DNA from: Octopus bimaculoides | Taxonomy: Eukaryota | Reading direction: 5' to 3' | Length of the DNA stretch: 64,000 nucleotides | Assembly (NCBI RefSeq): GCF_001194135.2 | Contig: NC_068986.1 | Location: forward strand, 5,067,376-5,131,375 | Shown here: in pieces, positions 1-12,574 of the stretch | Layout of the letters: each line of letters starts with the position of its first letter | How positions within the stretch are numbered: the first letter of the stretch is position 1 | Translations under genes and position numbers: made by a program | Notes under the pieces: model-generated | Told to the model about the DNA's origin: nothing | The model's input: only the letters and a program-made list of their open reading frames with translations | Databases searched by the model: none

Positions 1-483
1 ATTGGTTAATGCAGTTTACAAATGGTTAATACACTTTAAAATTTCCAATTCCAAAAATATAATTCAAACATCTTACACATTAAAAAAGAATTGAATGAAA
101 AACATATTCAAATTTACCTAAAATAATTTTTCAAGAACTACATCATTTTTGTCTCCAAGACATAAATAATCTAAAGGAAACATTTGCATAGTCATTAGGC
201 ATGGCTGTTTGACTAAGAAGCTCACTTCATCACTCCATATTGCACGCTCAATCCTATTGTAGAGCTCTTTGTGCAACAGTCTTCTATTATAGCCCTGGGG
301 TAACCAATGCCTTATGAGTGGACATAAGATAGAAACTGCAGAGATACATGAAAATATGGCCCATGAGCTAGTAGTTCAACTAGCTTACTGTCTTTTCAAC
401 ATGGTTATTTTTGCTTTTGAACTTTTAATGAGATGAAGATTTTAATTATAGTAGAGTTAATAAGGAATTTATATTGTAGACTT

Positions 484-866
484 GAGGCGCAATGGCCCAG
501 TGGTTAGGGCAGCGGACTCGCGGTCATAGGATCACGGTTTCGATTCCCAGACCGGGCGTTGTGAGTGTTTATTGAGTGAAAACACCTAAAGCTCCACGAG
601 GCTCCGGCAGGGGATGCTGGCGACCCCTGCTGTACTCTTTCACCACAACTTTCTCTCACTCTTCCTTCCTGTTTCTGTTGTACCTGTAATTCAAAGGGTC
701 AGCCTTGTCACACTCTGTGTCATGCTGAATATCCCCGAGAACTACGTTATGAGTACACGTGTCTGTGGAGTGCTCAGCCACTTGCACATTAATTTCACGA
801 GCAGGCTGTTCCGTTGATCGGATCAACTGGAACCCTCGACGTCATAAGCGACGGAGTGCCAACAAC
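484..866 (+). mobile_element. tRNA-derived SINE, apparently full length
   Basis: Pol III A-box-like TGGCCCAGTGG and B-box-like GGTTTCGATTCCC at the 5' end, CpG-rich body, CAACAAC tail. Confidence 0.8.
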
Positions 867-910
867 ATTGTAGATTATTGATATTTGAATATTATGAGTT
901 TCTTCTGATC

Positions 911-1300
911 CTCCCTCTCTCTCTCTCTCTCTCTCTCCCTCTCTNNNNNNNNNNCCCCCCCATCTCATCTCAGAACGCAAGCATTTCTACTGCCAGCTCT
1001 CCTTCTCCCTGGAAGCACTCCTTTTTTTATTGACATCCATCCTTTATTCTCAGTATCATCCCTTGCCACTTTCTTTATCACCAGTTCTCTCTCTCTCCCT
1101 CTCTCTCTTTCCCCTCTTTCTCTCTCCCTTTTCTCACTCCCCCTATCTCCCCTCTCCCTTCTCTCCTGTTCTCTCCCCTTTCACACACCCAACTCTCTCT
1201 TTCTCTCCCTTTCTCTCTCCCTCCCCTGACCTTCATCTTATGATTACCATACCTCACCCTCTACCTGTATTCTCCCTTATACTCACCTTCTTGTAACTTG
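911..1300. repeat. (CT)n microsatellite and pyrimidine-rich low-complexity tract with a small gap
   Basis: Direct inspection; explains the S/L/P-rich spurious ORFs. Confidence 0.85.
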
Positions 1301-1592
1301 AGAGTACATCCCCAACATCTTGTCTTTATCTCTCTTTACAGCTACTCCCTTCCACCCTTATATAATACAAAGTAGCCAGGCATCTCCTCTACAGCAAGAC
1401 ACTTGTTCCTGTCCCTCTATCCTACTTTAGTCTCTTGACACTGGCATAATGCCACTGCTCTCTCTACTATATTTCCACTCAGTCAAGGGGGCTTTGTTTT
1501 CTGTCTTGGTGACCTCACAAGAACCAGTGCCACAAACAAAAAGCACCTAGTACACTCTGTAAAGTTGGAAGTGGTTGACATTAGGAAATAAA

Positions 1593-1878
1593 GACCCCCT
1601 TCAATCATGAATGACCATGGGATTGCACCTAGAAAGTTCCCTTTGAGGCACAAACCTGGGCAAGGTTGGTTTTATGGAAGGCCAGCAGTCGCCCATGCAT
1701 ACTAGCCTCCCCCTCTCCATGCCACTGATGTTATCCAAAGGAAAGGCAAAGGCTGATACGGCTTGGCACCAGTGACATTGCAACTGACTTCTACAGCTGA
1801 GTGAACTGGAGCAATATGAGATAAAGTGTCTTGCTCACACAGCCTGGTCTGGGAATCGAACACCCTAACCACTAAGCC
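1593..1878 (-). mobile_element. SINE, same family as 12575-12862
   Basis: Reverse complement aligns with 12575-12862 (GAGCAAGACAC...TTGCTCCAGTTCACTCAGCTGTAGAA...GGTCATTCATGA..GAAGGGGGTC). Confidence 0.8.
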
Positions 1879-2012
1879 TTGTGCCTTCATGGTATTAGGA
1901 ATAGCATCCAGTTATAGAAACAAAGCTAAAGTAGACATTGGAGATCGAAGCAGTCCTACGGTTATTAGGATCCTGCCTATCTGTTCAACCTTTGCAAACA
2001 TGGAAAACATTA

Positions 2013-2605
2013 AATGATGATGATGACAATGACAACAACGACAACGGAGGTGGTGGCGGCGGCGGCGACGGCGGTGGCGGCGGCGGCGGCGGCGGCGGTG
2101 GCNNNNNNNNNNNNNNNNNNNNNNNNNNNNNNNNNNNNNNNNNNNNNNNNNNNNNNNNNNNNNNNNNNNNNNNNNNNNNNNNNNNNNNNNNNNNNNNNNN
2201 NNNNNNNNNNNNNNNNNNNNNNNNNNNNNNNNNNNNNNNNNNNNNNNNNNNNNNNNNNNNNNNNNNNNNNNNNNNNNNNNNNNNNNNNNNNNNNNNNNNN
2301 NNNNNNNNNNNNNNNNNNNNNNNNNNNNNNNNNNNNNNNNNNNNNNNNNNNNNNNNNNNNNNNNNNNNNNNNNNNNNNNNNNNNNNNNNNNNNNNNNNNN
2401 NNNNNNNNNNNNNNNNNNNNNNNNNNNNNNNNNNNNNNNNNNNNNNNNNNNNNNNNNNNNNNNNNNNNNNNNNNNNNNNNNNNNNNNNNNNNNNNNNNNN
2501 GTCATGGTGGTGGTGGTGGTGGCAATGACAATGACAACGACAACGATGATGATGATGATGATGATGATGAGACAATGGAGATGGTGGTGATGATGATGAT
2601 GACGA
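2013..2605. repeat. Compound trinucleotide repeat (GAT/GAC/GGC/GGT) around an N gap; left part is an RTE-type tail
   Basis: Direct inspection; N run 2103-2500. Confidence 0.9.
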
Positions 2606-3212
2606 GGTATCTCAGGCTTGTAAGGTTTCCATCAACCAAATTCACTCACAAGAACTCAGTCAGCCCCAATCAATAGTAGAAGATGCTTGTCCAAAGTGTC
2701 AAACATTGTGACTGAACTCAGAACTACATGGCTATTAAGTGAACTTCTCAACATACTCAACAGTTTCTAAGTTCCAGAACTGTGTTTACTCTGCCAGTGC
2801 AACAACCCTTAATACATATATCTTCCTTTCAAAGAAGTTTTATATATTTCTTGTGTAACTGACAAACCCATGCCAGGACCACATTAAGTGCACCTGTGCC
2901 AGTGCCATCTTAAAGAGCATCCATGTCGGCACCTCATAAAAAAGCACCCATACCAGTACCACATAAGAGGCATCTGCACTAGTGCCACATAAAAAGCACC
3001 CTTACTGGTGCTTTGTAAAAGGCACCCTGTTCACCCTGCATCCAGTTGTAGAAACCATACCAAAGCAGACAACTGGAGCCTGATGCAGCCCTCTGGCTTG
3101 CCAGCACCTTTCTCTCATTGTTTACATATTTCACTCATTTTTCCCTCGTTTGTTTATGTACGTATTTCATGTTATATGCACGATTGGTGACATCCTGTAC
3201 CCATAAATGCAT

Positions 3213-4050
3213 GTATATATATATATATATATATATNNNNNNNNNNNNNNNNNNNNNNNNNNNNNNNNNNNNNNNNNNNNNNNNNNNNNNNNNNNNNNNN
3301 NNNNNNNNNNNNNNNNNNNNNNNNNNNNNNNNNNNNNNNNNNNNNNNNNNNNNNNNNNNNNNNNNNNNNNNNNNNNNNNNNNNNNNNNNNNNNNNNNNNN
3401 NNNNNNNNNNNNNNNNNNNNNNNNNNNNNNNNNNNNNNNNNNNNNNNNNNNNNNNNNNNNNNNNNNNNNNNNNNNNNNNNNNNNNNNNNNNNNNNNNNNN
3501 NNNNNNNNNNNNNNNNNNNNNNNNNNNNNNNNNNNNNNNNNNNNNNNNNNNNNNNNNNNNNNNNNNNNNNNNNNNNNNNNNNNNNNNNNNNNNNNNNNNN
3601 NNNNNNNNNNNNNNNNNNNNNNNNNNNNNNNNNNNNNNNNNNNNNNNNNNNNNNNNNNNNNNNNNNNNNNNNNNNNNNNNNNNNNNNNNNNNNNNNNNNN
3701 NNNNNNNNNNNNNNNNNNNNNNNNNNNNNNNNNNNNNNNNNNNNNNNNNNNNNNNNNNNNNNNNNNNNNNNNNNNNNNNNNNNNNNNNNNNNNNNNNNNN
3801 NNNNNNNNNNNNNNNNNNNNNNNNNNNNNNNNNNNNNNNNNNNNNNNNNNNNNNNNNNNNNNNNNNNNNNNNNNNNNNNNNNNNNNNNNNNNNNNNNNNN
3901 NNNNNNNNNNNNNNNNNNNNNNNNNNNNNNNNNNNNNNNNNNNNNNNNNNNNNNNNNNNNNNNNNNNNNNNNNNNNNNNNNNNNNNNNNNNNNNNNNNNN
4001 NNNNNNNNNNNNNNNNNNNNNNNNNNNNNNNNNNNNNNNNNNNNNNNNNN

Positions 4051-4088
<38 letters not shown>
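3213..4088. repeat. (TA)n microsatellite flanking an assembly gap
   Basis: Direct inspection. Confidence 0.9.
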
Positions 4089-4089
<1 letters not shown>

Positions 4090-4309
4090 AAATATGGGGT
4101 CTAGTTTACAGGTAATCTAAACGACTAGGTATGCTGGGTAAGTGATGTATCGGATTACCAGGGCTCCAAGGTTATAGCCAAGATGGAAGTTATGGAACCA
4201 TTGTAGATTTGTGACATAGCGGATAAAAAATTGTTAAAGAGGACAACAAACGTTAAGGCAAAACAAACATCTCAAGTCATATACATTATTATTATTGGAA
4301 AAGTTTACA

Positions 4310-4365
4310 GTCTTACAGCTGTTTATGCCATATCCCAGAGTATGGGATATTCCGTCATCGGAGAC
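4310..4365 (-). ncRNA. Degenerate minimal type-I hammerhead ribozyme (PLE-type)
   Basis: Minus strand reads GTCT-CCGATGA-[ATATCCCA/TGGGATAT hairpin]-TAAAC-AGCT-GTA-AGAC: stem I GTCT/AGAC, palindromic stem III ACAGCTGT, two core substitutions. Confidence 0.5.
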
Positions 4366-4641
4366 AAATAGGGTATAGATTAATGAAACTATGACATAGA
4401 GGACAGGAGAAAAGTAATAATGTAGCTATATAATGCTATTTGAAAACCTGGAACCACCTATATTATAATTGTTATTATTATCAATTACTTATATTCACCA
4501 CAGATAATATTAACAAAGATAATATCTTTCTTCGAGTGTTTACATTTGAATTTTACTCATAAATATATCTGCACTGAAGTGGGCTGATTCAGAACGCTGA
4601 TGACTGTTCAACGTGACAGATTTAGAATTTTTCATCAGTGG

Positions 4642-4698
4642 TTCATGCTGATGAAGGTTGAGGCCCACAGGCCAGAACCCAAAACCATGGTATATGAA
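4642..4698 (+). ncRNA. Degenerate minimal type-I hammerhead ribozyme (PLE-type)
   Basis: TTCATG-CTGATGA-AGGTT..GGCC-CACA-GGCC..AACCC-AAAAC-CATG-GTA-TATGAA: stem I TTCATG/TATGAA, stem II, palindromic ACCATGGT, GUA site; G of GAAAC lost. Confidence 0.6.
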
Positions 4699-4930
4699 TA
4701 TCCAAATAACATAATCTTTAATGGTATGTTTTTAATAGTTTAATTCTTTAACCATTTGCTTGCCTACTGTTGTCTCCGTAATATTTCAGTGATTTCAGTA
4801 ATGGATTTGGGATTTTGACTCCTATTTCTAAACAGGTTGATGCCTTGTGCAACCTTAAGCTTAGTGCTAATTTTTAATTTTAATGTATAGTTATATAATG
4901 CTATTTAAAAACCTGAAACCACCTATATTT

Positions 4931-5156
4931 ACTTCCTTATTGCCCACAGGGGGCTAAATGTAGAGGGGACAAACAAGGACAGACAAAGGAATTAAGTCAA
5001 TTACATCGACCCAGTGAGTAACTGGTACTTACTTAATTGACCCCAAAAGGATGAAAGGCAAAGTTGACCATGGCAGAATTTGAACTCAGAACATAACGGC
5101 AGATGAAATACGGCTAAGCATTTTGCCTGGCATGCTAACGATTCTGCCAGCTCGCC
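4931..5156 (-). mobile_element. tRNA-derived SINE with central GCCTTTCATCC...AAGTACCAGT domain
   Basis: Minus head GGCGAGCTGGCAGAATCGTTAGC, B-box GAGTTCAAATTC; many related copies in the window. Confidence 0.85.
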
Positions 5157-6624
5157 ACTGGTTTCTTGCACAACTGTCAACTCTAAAGAGCACAGTGTTA
5201 TATAATTGGGCTGTTACCTGACATCCTGTTGAACCTCCAGTGTGAAACCACTGGTAAGAACAGTTATAATGGATATATAATGCTGTACAGTTTGATTAAT
5301 AATGATGATATACATATATATAGAGAGAGAGAGAGAGACGGGGGGGGGACAGACAGACAAACTAATATAAACTCTTCAATAACAATTAAAATACTGTAGT
5401 TCATTATTTAGTGATATAATGATGTTCAATAATGAATAAATTGCTAGTTTTGTATTTATCGATATTCTAACTGTATAGGAAATAAAATATCAAATACTTC
5501 AATATTAAAACTTTGCTTCATTTTTATAAAAATTAGTAACAAATTGCTATTAATTAATTACTTTAATTTTCACCTAATTATGCTTAAAATCAATTTTTAA
5601 GAATGCATTGGTTATGAAGGGGAATGATTTGAAGTAGCTAATTAATTTCAAAAATAAATTACAAATAAATACAATTATAAAGTAATTGTTCTTTGCACAT
5701 ACTAACTATATTAATAGGTGTATTAGAATAATGAAATTGAGTTACAAACTACGTTTTTATTCCATCAAGTGATTTCTAAGTTTTGTTGAAATCAGGTGAA
5801 TCTTCCTAGTTCTCCCGTATATTACTTTAAATGACCATCACCGGAAAGGAACCAACTAGTGAGTTACCTTCATTGCAACACATGTTTTTATCTAATAAGA
5901 CACTATCACCAGGCCAATAAAAGCAGCATCAAAAGATTTAGTAATGTTACAATTTCCATGAAATGTCACAAAATATTAGAATGAGGTGAGTGAATTAGTA
6001 AAATCAGTAGATTATCAAACAAAATTCCTTGTGGTATTTAATTATGCCTCTTGATGCTCTGAATTCAAATCTTGTTAGTCAAACATGCATTCTAGTGTTG
6101 ATAAAATAAAAACCAGAGAGAAACTGGGGTGGGAGGAGATAATCTATCTTGATTAACAATACTTTCCCTAAAAATGTGAGTTTATTCATGTGTTTATTAG
6201 AAACCAAGATTGGAATAACTTACAGTACTGAATTTCAGCTTATACTAACACGAGTTAGACAAGTGTATTTTAACCAAGATCCATATAGCCCTTAAGAGTC
6301 ACAACCACTTTTTAGGGGCCACATGAAAAAAATGAAGAAATTTGGAAGTCACAGAAGTTTCTGGTGGTGAGATGAATGACACACAAATTTACTCCAGAAG
6401 TATGATCACTTTATGTTTTTTTTTTTAATTATTTCTTGTTGTGTCTGGAGAAAGGGAGATTGCTCATGACCTTAGCAGGCCTTCCAACACTGGTGAGTTT
6501 GATGTTATTAAATGTTCCATTTAAAATATTGCTGGCCAACACCTGCAGAAAACAAATGAGCAGGGAGAAGATTAAAGAGAAATAATGTTCTGGGGAAAAA
6601 AGACTAGACATAATGGGAAGTGTG

Positions 6625-6656
6625 GGGTTAGGGTTAGGGTTAGGGTTAGGGTTAGG
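6625..6656 (+). repeat. Interstitial telomeric repeat (GGGTTA)5
   Basis: Five perfect units. Confidence 0.9.
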
Positions 6657-7494
6657 AGGAGGGAGATGCACCAAGAAAGACAACAGGTGAAAAGATGTAT
6701 GGGGTGGAGTACCTGGATGGTGGAGGTACAAAACCAGCCAGCTCTAAGAAACAGAGGCCACTATGGTGAGAGGGGAGACGGCCGGTATGTGTGTGCATGG
6801 GCATACATATATGCAAATGTGCTTGTATCCTGTATTTTGCTTGTCATCACATTAGCAAAGTAGTGCTGATGTTGACATTTTTTGTGGACAACATGATCAG
6901 CTATTCTGCACTTTTGAAAAACTTGTAGAATATATAATTCCTGATCTGAAACATGGGTGAGGCATGGCAACAGGAAGAGCATCCAGCCATAAAATTCTGT
7001 TCAAAATTAATTTCTGTGCAAGCCATGTTGGTATAGAAAACAGACGTTAAATAAACAAAGGAATGACAACAAGCGGATATCAATAACTNNNNNNNNNNNN
7101 NNNNNNNNNNNNNNNNNNNNNNNNNNNNNNNNNNNNNNNNNNNNNNNNNNNNNNNNNNNNNNNNNNNNNNNNNNNNNNNNNNNNNNNNNNNNNNNNNNNN
7201 NNNNNNNNNNNNNNNNNNNNNNNNNNNNNNNNNNNNNNNNNNNNNNNNNNNNNNNNNNNNNNNNNNNNNNNNNNNNNNNNNNNNNNNNNNNNNNNNNNNN
7301 NNNNNNNNNNNNNNNNNNNNNNNNNNNNNNNNNNNNNNNNNNNNNNNNNNNNNNNNNNNNNNNNNNNNNNNNNNNNNNNNNNNNNNNNNNNNNNNNNNNN
7401 NNNNNNNNNNNNNNNNNNNNNNNNNNNNNNNNNNNNNNNNNNNNNNNNNNNNNNNNNNNNNNNNGTATATATGTATATATATGTATGTGTATAT

Positions 7495-7697
7495 GTTGTG
7501 TATCTGTGTTTGTCCCCCCAACATCGCTTGACAACCGATGCTGGTGTGCTTAGGTCCCTGTAACTTAGCGGTTCGGCAAAAAGAGACCGATAGAATAAGT
7601 ACTAAGCTTACAAAGAATAAGTCCTGGGGTCGATTTGATTCGACTAAAGGCGGTGCTCCAGCATGGCCGCAGTCAAATGACTGAAACAAGTAAAGGA
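7495..7697 (+). mobile_element. 3' half of an abundant SINE (…GGTGCTCCAGCATGGCCGCAGTCAAATGACTGAAACAAGTAAA)
   Basis: Close match to reverse complements at 12045 and 33395; head falls in the upstream gap. Confidence 0.85.
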
Positions 7698-8207
7698 ATA
7701 TATATATATATATATATAGTGATATAGTGATGATGCATATATAAAGTTAGCAGGTCTTTCAGAAACATAAATATTTGTAGAGCATCAATGTATCATGTTA
7801 CTGATACATCAATAATTCCCTGTTGATGTATCAGTAACAATAACCTTGACAAATAATTACTACCACCACTATCTATTATCACTTTATGAAGTATGTAATG
7901 AAGACTATGATAGCTGTGGGAAGCTATGGCAATGATCTGTTTATTTATCTATGCAAATACATTCAACAACTATACATTTGTCTGCATGTGTATATGTTGT
8001 TGCTGTTGTTTAACTGAAGGTGAGTCCTATACAATAAAACCCATGAACAAAAGCATTTCAACATTGCCCATCCCTTTTTATTTTCAGACACAGTGTACCT
8101 AAAATTACATTATTCAATGTGTTCTTTCCGATTTAAAGATTTAGTTCTATTTGTAGCCGAGCTACAAAGTAGAGGCTCTTCATTATTTCATGAAATAATG
8201 AAGAGCC

Positions 8208-8675
8208 TATACATACATACATACATACATACATGATGGCCATCCACTCGTGACCGAGGAAGACCATTGCCGATCTTCAGGAACATTGTGCGCTCTCGGA
8301 CTAACTTATATTTTGCATTTGTGGCTCCGTTGGTGGCTAATGAACCCTGCTCTTGATAAGCATACACGACTGCAAACATTACAGATTAAGCTTCCCCCAT
8401 TCACTATACAAGCCGTGCGCTTTCGCGCAGCTCGCTTAAGTTCTTCATGCTGGATACGTGCTCTCTCAAAAGTGTCGATCCCCTCTTTAACCTGCTTCCT
8501 CCATCTGTGGCGATGACAGGTATTGTTCTCCCAGTCAGTGTCCTGCATATCACAGGCCTTTTATGAGGACTTGACAAAGTCCTTAAAGCGCAGCCTTGGT
8601 TTCTGCTGGAGTCTCCTTCCATTCATAAGTTCTCCATAAAGCATCTGCTTAGGAATCCTGCTATCCTTCATTCTC
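8208..8675 (-). mobile_element. 5'-truncated RTE-clade LINE: ORF C-terminus with C2H2 finger, 3'UTR and (ATGT)n tail
   Basis: Translates RMKDSRIPKQMLYGEL...PRLRFKD..*..WRKQVKEG...CNVCSRVCLSRAGFISHQRSH; one stop; TACA repeats on both sides. Confidence 0.8.
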
Positions 8676-9373
8676 CATACATACATACATACGTACGTAC
8701 GTATTTATGTATTTGTAGCAATGTATTTTATACTTTGCTGAGTGTTGAAGAAGGGGTTGTGCTTATGTCTTTTGCAAGTCCTCATTCCTCTTGAATCTAT
8801 GTCTGTCAATACTTGCAAGGAAAACGTGAACTGAAAAGAAGATCAAGATGACCAATATTCTGGGAAGGACAGACTAGGCATAGTAATTAGTGAAGGGTTG
8901 GACACATGGGTGATGAGAGGAGGAAAACAGAATGGGACAGGAGCTTCTAAATGAAAATGGCAGGAGTCCAGACAGCTCCAAAGAGCAGAAGCCATTATAA
9001 TAGTGGTAGAAAAGAAAAACAGAGGAAACAATGCACCTGTGGGCCAGAAGCTGATCATAAGCGGGACTTTATGCCAATCAGGTGGGTGGTCATTTTCTGG
9101 ATCCAAGCTAGGATGTCTATGTGTGCAGCAGCAGTATCATCTCAGATGTGAGAACAACACTCCATTACAGATCTCAGCAATAACTGTTGGAGACTGACTT
9201 ATCTTCTGGCCCAGAAGAGAAGGGCTAAGTTAATGATGTGCTTTTACCAAGAGAGATCCTTATTGATAGTGAACGCTATAAATGAGGGTTTTAGTTAAGT
9301 GCTGCACATGATTAAAAGGAAGAGTGCAAGGTCCTTTCTTCAAAAGAGTAGCATTAATGCTTTCTTGCAAGAT

Positions 9374-9680
9374 GAGCCTCGAGTTCATAGCTGCTTATGT
9401 AAACCATTTACTCATGCTGTACATCTAATCCCTTCCTGTGTAATCAGTAAATACAAGGCCACTATATAGTTTCTACTGAATATTATAGTCTTTGCTGAAT
9501 AGTATTTTTTGCAAAGTCCCACTTGTGGGGGTTTTTTTTATTTTTTGACTCAGACTCACTATTGCAAATTTTAATCTTCTTTGCAGTTCTCATGAGTACT
9601 CAGTCATTTTGTTATTGTGAAGGCCTAGATAGAAAAGCAAGGACGTGACGGTAGAACCCTGATAGATATGTTCATTTACA
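9374..9680. repeat. Unclassified ~300-bp repeat, copy A (inverted relative to 18429-18706)
   Basis: Long exact stretches match the reverse complement of copy B. Confidence 0.85.
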
Positions 9681-10994
9681 TATCTATATGCATGCTTTTG
9701 AAATCTCTGTTCATGAAACCAGTGTGGATTGGACATGTGATGTTAGATTTGTAAATGGCTGTTCAGGGACTCTTAGGGAAGAAAAGGGGGTTGTGTCAGC
9801 TGCATAAAAGTGGCTGCTGTTGGCCAAAGCAGCAAGTAAGTCATTGAAGCATAAAAGGAAATGAGTGGAGTACAAAAACTAACCAGTGAACCATGCCAGA
9901 TTTGACAGAATAAAGAATAAAAGGAGAGAAAGAGCTCTGTCAGTACATATGAGAATAGGTCTATTGTATTTACTTGTGTTTGATATGAGAAATTTGATAC
10001 AGAAACATCAAGGTCAAGAATCAAACATGGTGGGTAGCATTATACTCAAGTGCAAAAGAAGAAAGATAAGAGATTAAAATATATTAATGAGATATGAAAT
10101 GTTGAGGTCACACTATACTTGACATTGTACTCAAGTAAATTCAGTACCTGTGTCCATAACAATGACGATGGAAGGAAAATAATAGAAAAAGAAATGGAAA
10201 GCAATAACAACTGGATACAAATTTAAACACTTTTATTAAATAATCATTTAAGTTCTGAATTTAGAAAACTTTGGTCAGTTAGACTTGTCTTTTTCAACAT
10301 ACATGAAATAATATTTGTTTTTTTTTCCTCTTTTTGGTCAGGTCTTGAATATTTAGACATCCCAGAAGTTGTTAAATTTAGTAGTAGATATTTCCACCAT
10401 TCACATGGGATGCCATAGTTTGATTCTTCATGAATGGGAATGACCGTTCTAATGGAGGTATTTCAGCATGGTCACAGCACACGGTCAGGAACCATGGAAA
10501 GGTAAAACAGTCTTCAAGTTAAATCAACAACACCATAATCTTATATACAACAATCTTTAAATATATCCAGCAGTAAAGAGATATTGTAGCTCAAATGTAG
10601 CTTTAAGCCATCCTGTTTCCTATTACATGAGTGGATTGCAAGGTTATCAAACCCTTCTTAATACAATACAGCAAAAGAATATTTTGCAGCTGCAGGTCAG
10701 CCCTGACTGAGTGGAAACAGTCAAAAGTAATCCAGTCATTACCACATGGTTGTATATCTAAGACCACCTCATACAATATATCATTCTTTGTCAAGATGAT
10801 AGAATATTATTTGACAAAATTTGGTTGTTATTTCATGTAGGGTGAAGTAATGTGTAGAGGCTCCATCTTCCAAATCCTTTCAAAAGAAAAAAAAAAAAAG
10901 TAATTTAAAGATTTCAAAAACCTTTCATTTTTAAAAATTATTCAAATTTAATTTCATATGATGAGAAGATTAATATATATAGGATCACCAACAT

Positions 10995-11340
10995 CATCAT
11001 CCCCATTTAACGCTCCTTTTCCATGCTGGCATGGGTTGGACATTTCAACAGGAGCTGGCAAGCCAGAGGACTGTGTTAAGCTCCAACATCTGTTTTGACA
11101 TGGCTTCTACAGCTAGACGCCCTTCTTAATGTCACTCACTTTACAGAGCATATTGAGTGCTTTTTCATGGCACTGGCATTACTGAGGTCACCAAGTAACT
11201 CATGAGACTAGATTCCTCAACAGAGGGGCAGTGCAGTATTGAGGAAGATGTTTTTGTGCTAGGTGTTGAGAGGCTAAAGTATTATAGAGGAGCAGGAACA
11301 GGTGTCTTAGTGTGAGGGAAATACAACCCTTACTAGCAGG
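10995..11340 (-). mobile_element. RTE-type 3' tail fragment ending in (GAT)n
   Basis: CATCATCATC...TTTCCATGCTGGCATGGGTTGGAC motif shared with other tails in the window. Confidence 0.7.
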
Positions 11341-12044
11341 AAAGGATAGGGGAAATCAGATGCATTATCCTCAAGGTATAAGGTGGACAAAGATAGAATA
11401 GGGACAGAGAATTGAGGGTGGCTGGATGAGTGGGTTCACAAGAATGACAGAGGGTCAGAGATGGGATTACACATGAATGCAGTGAATGGGGTAGATGGGT
11501 GGAGTGGAGTCAGTTGTGAATCTCAGTTTGAGGGGGGTGAGATAAAGGAAAATGGGAATAGGTGGAGGGGGTTGTAAGAGGTAGTATATAAAGTGGGGGG
11601 GGGGTAGAGAGCAACAGTATGATAAAGCCATAGGTAAATAAGAAATAGGAAGATGATACAAAGTGCAGGGGTGAATGAGGGATGCAGTGACAAGACTAAA
11701 GATTCATAGGGATAGACAGTGAGTGACAAAGAAGGGTGGCAAGGATGCCAATGGCTGATATGAAAAGCTTGTTCAGAGGGGAAAATAAAATAGTAAGTGA
11801 TGATGTTAAAAATGCAGATAAGAGACAAGAGAATTGGTTCCAAGGAGTTGGATAACTGGCAGCATAAAAGGGGAATGAAATATGTGCAGTTCTGCTCTTA
11901 TATAGTGCCATTTAGAAGGGTCAAGGAGAGAAGGTGTTAGAAAGAGGAGTCATGAGGAAGGTTTGACAGGTTCAGATTAGGTGTTGGAGCATAGACATAA
12001 ACAATATGCATGTAGGACCTCATTTTTATTGAGATACTCTTTTA

Positions 12045-12432
12045 CTCTTTTACTTGTTTCAATAATTTGACTGTGGCCATGCTGGAGCACCGCCTTTAGT
12101 CGAGCAAATCGACCCCAGGACTTATACTTTGTAAGCCTAGTACTTATTCCATCGGCCTCTTTTGCCGAACCGCTAATTGACGGGGACATAAGCACACCAG
12201 CATCGGTTGTCAAGCAATGCTAGGGGGACAAACACACACACACAAACACACATATACATCTACATACATATATACGACAGGCTTCTTTCAGTTTCTGTCT
12301 ACCAAATCCACTCACAAGGCTTTGGTCGGCCTGAGGTTATAATAGAAGACACTTGCCCAAGGTGCCACGTAGTGGGACTGAACCCGGAACCATGTGGTTG
12401 GTAAGCAAGCTACTTACCACACAGCCACTCCT
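12045..12432 (-). mobile_element. Full-length tRNA-derived SINE with internal (CA/TA) microsatellite
   Basis: Minus head GGAGTGGCTGTGTGGTAAG, GGTTCAGTCCC box, 3' end as at 7495. Confidence 0.85.
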
Positions 12433-12514
12433 GCTCTTTCCAATATATATGGATGTGTATGTCTCTCTTTCTCTCTCTCTCTCTNNNNNNNNNNNNNNNN
12501 NNNNNNNNNNNNNN

Positions 12515-12551
<37 letters not shown>

Positions 12552-12574
12552 GAGAGAGAGAGAGAGAGAGAGAG

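Noticed and set aside
484-560. tRNA gene (also 26751-26820 and other SINE heads)
   Set aside because: A and B boxes are present but there is no complete cloverleaf or acceptor stem, and each continues into a repeated SINE body
1912-4115. Long ORFs with poly-X, poly-H/G/P or IYIY runs (also 6901-7689, 52501-52977, 59283-59831)
   Set aside because: They run through N gaps and microsatellites; ORF-finder artefacts
6429-6731. 100-aa ORF with PNPNPN repeat
   Set aside because: The PN run is just the telomeric hexamer translated; no recognisable domain
8830-9200. Possible LINE endonuclease relic (KLIISGTL resembling IIxGDFN)
   Set aside because: Catalytic DFN absent; too decayed to call
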